Assembly (NCBI GenBank): GCA_017499595.2
Contig: CM039001.1
Coordinates: forward strand, 1,364,001 to 1,428,000
Length of the DNA: 64,000 nt
From: Psilocybe cubensis
Lineage: Eukaryota
Reading direction: 5' to 3'
Numbering within the stretch: position 1 is the stretch's first letter; every line of letters begins with the position of its first letter. The translations under genes were made by a program, and so were the position numbers. Below, in pieces: positions 63,981 through 64,000 of this stretch. The notes under the pieces were generated by a model. The model worked only from the letters and a program-made list of their open reading frames with translations. It had not been told where the DNA came from and searched no databases.

Positions 63981-64000
63981 ACTGGTCACGTACTATGCGC

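Overview
Gene-dense, intron-rich eukaryotic DNA from a mushroom-forming basidiomycete (Agaricomycete; inferred from ~50-60 nt GT-AG introns with CTRAY-type branch points, microexons, and lineage-typical DUF6534, CYP5144-like and CYP512-like genes). I reconstructed about 31 protein-coding genes by hand-splicing. Most are housekeeping: Nup160 (partial), MAPR/cytochrome b5, an Sst2/FlbA-type RGS, UXS1, bystin/ENP1, RPL3, a PPR protein, AMMECR1, a Rab5-family GTPase, RPS7, CNS1, L-2-hydroxyglutarate dehydrogenase, NDUFA12, MRPL12, NOT3, BEM1, SHG1, HEM12 and CDC14. The rest include two P450s and several lineage-specific membrane or hypothetical proteins. I found no tRNA, rRNA, CRISPR array or intact transposon. 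The most notable oddities are: (1) a multi-helix RNA structure in an unusually long NOT3 intron; (2) a histone-H1-like Lys/His/Ala-rich 11-aa repeat protein with no evident start codon; (3) a 372-codon alternative-frame ORF overlapping the PPR gene from a better-context upstream ATG; (4) a Rab with a ~135-aa insertion inside its G domain; (5) two apparent pseudo-hydrolases; (6) an orphan GPCR-like 7TM protein; (7) GC-AG introns and microexons at functionally important motifs. All exon boundaries and family calls are by eye, with no database search.
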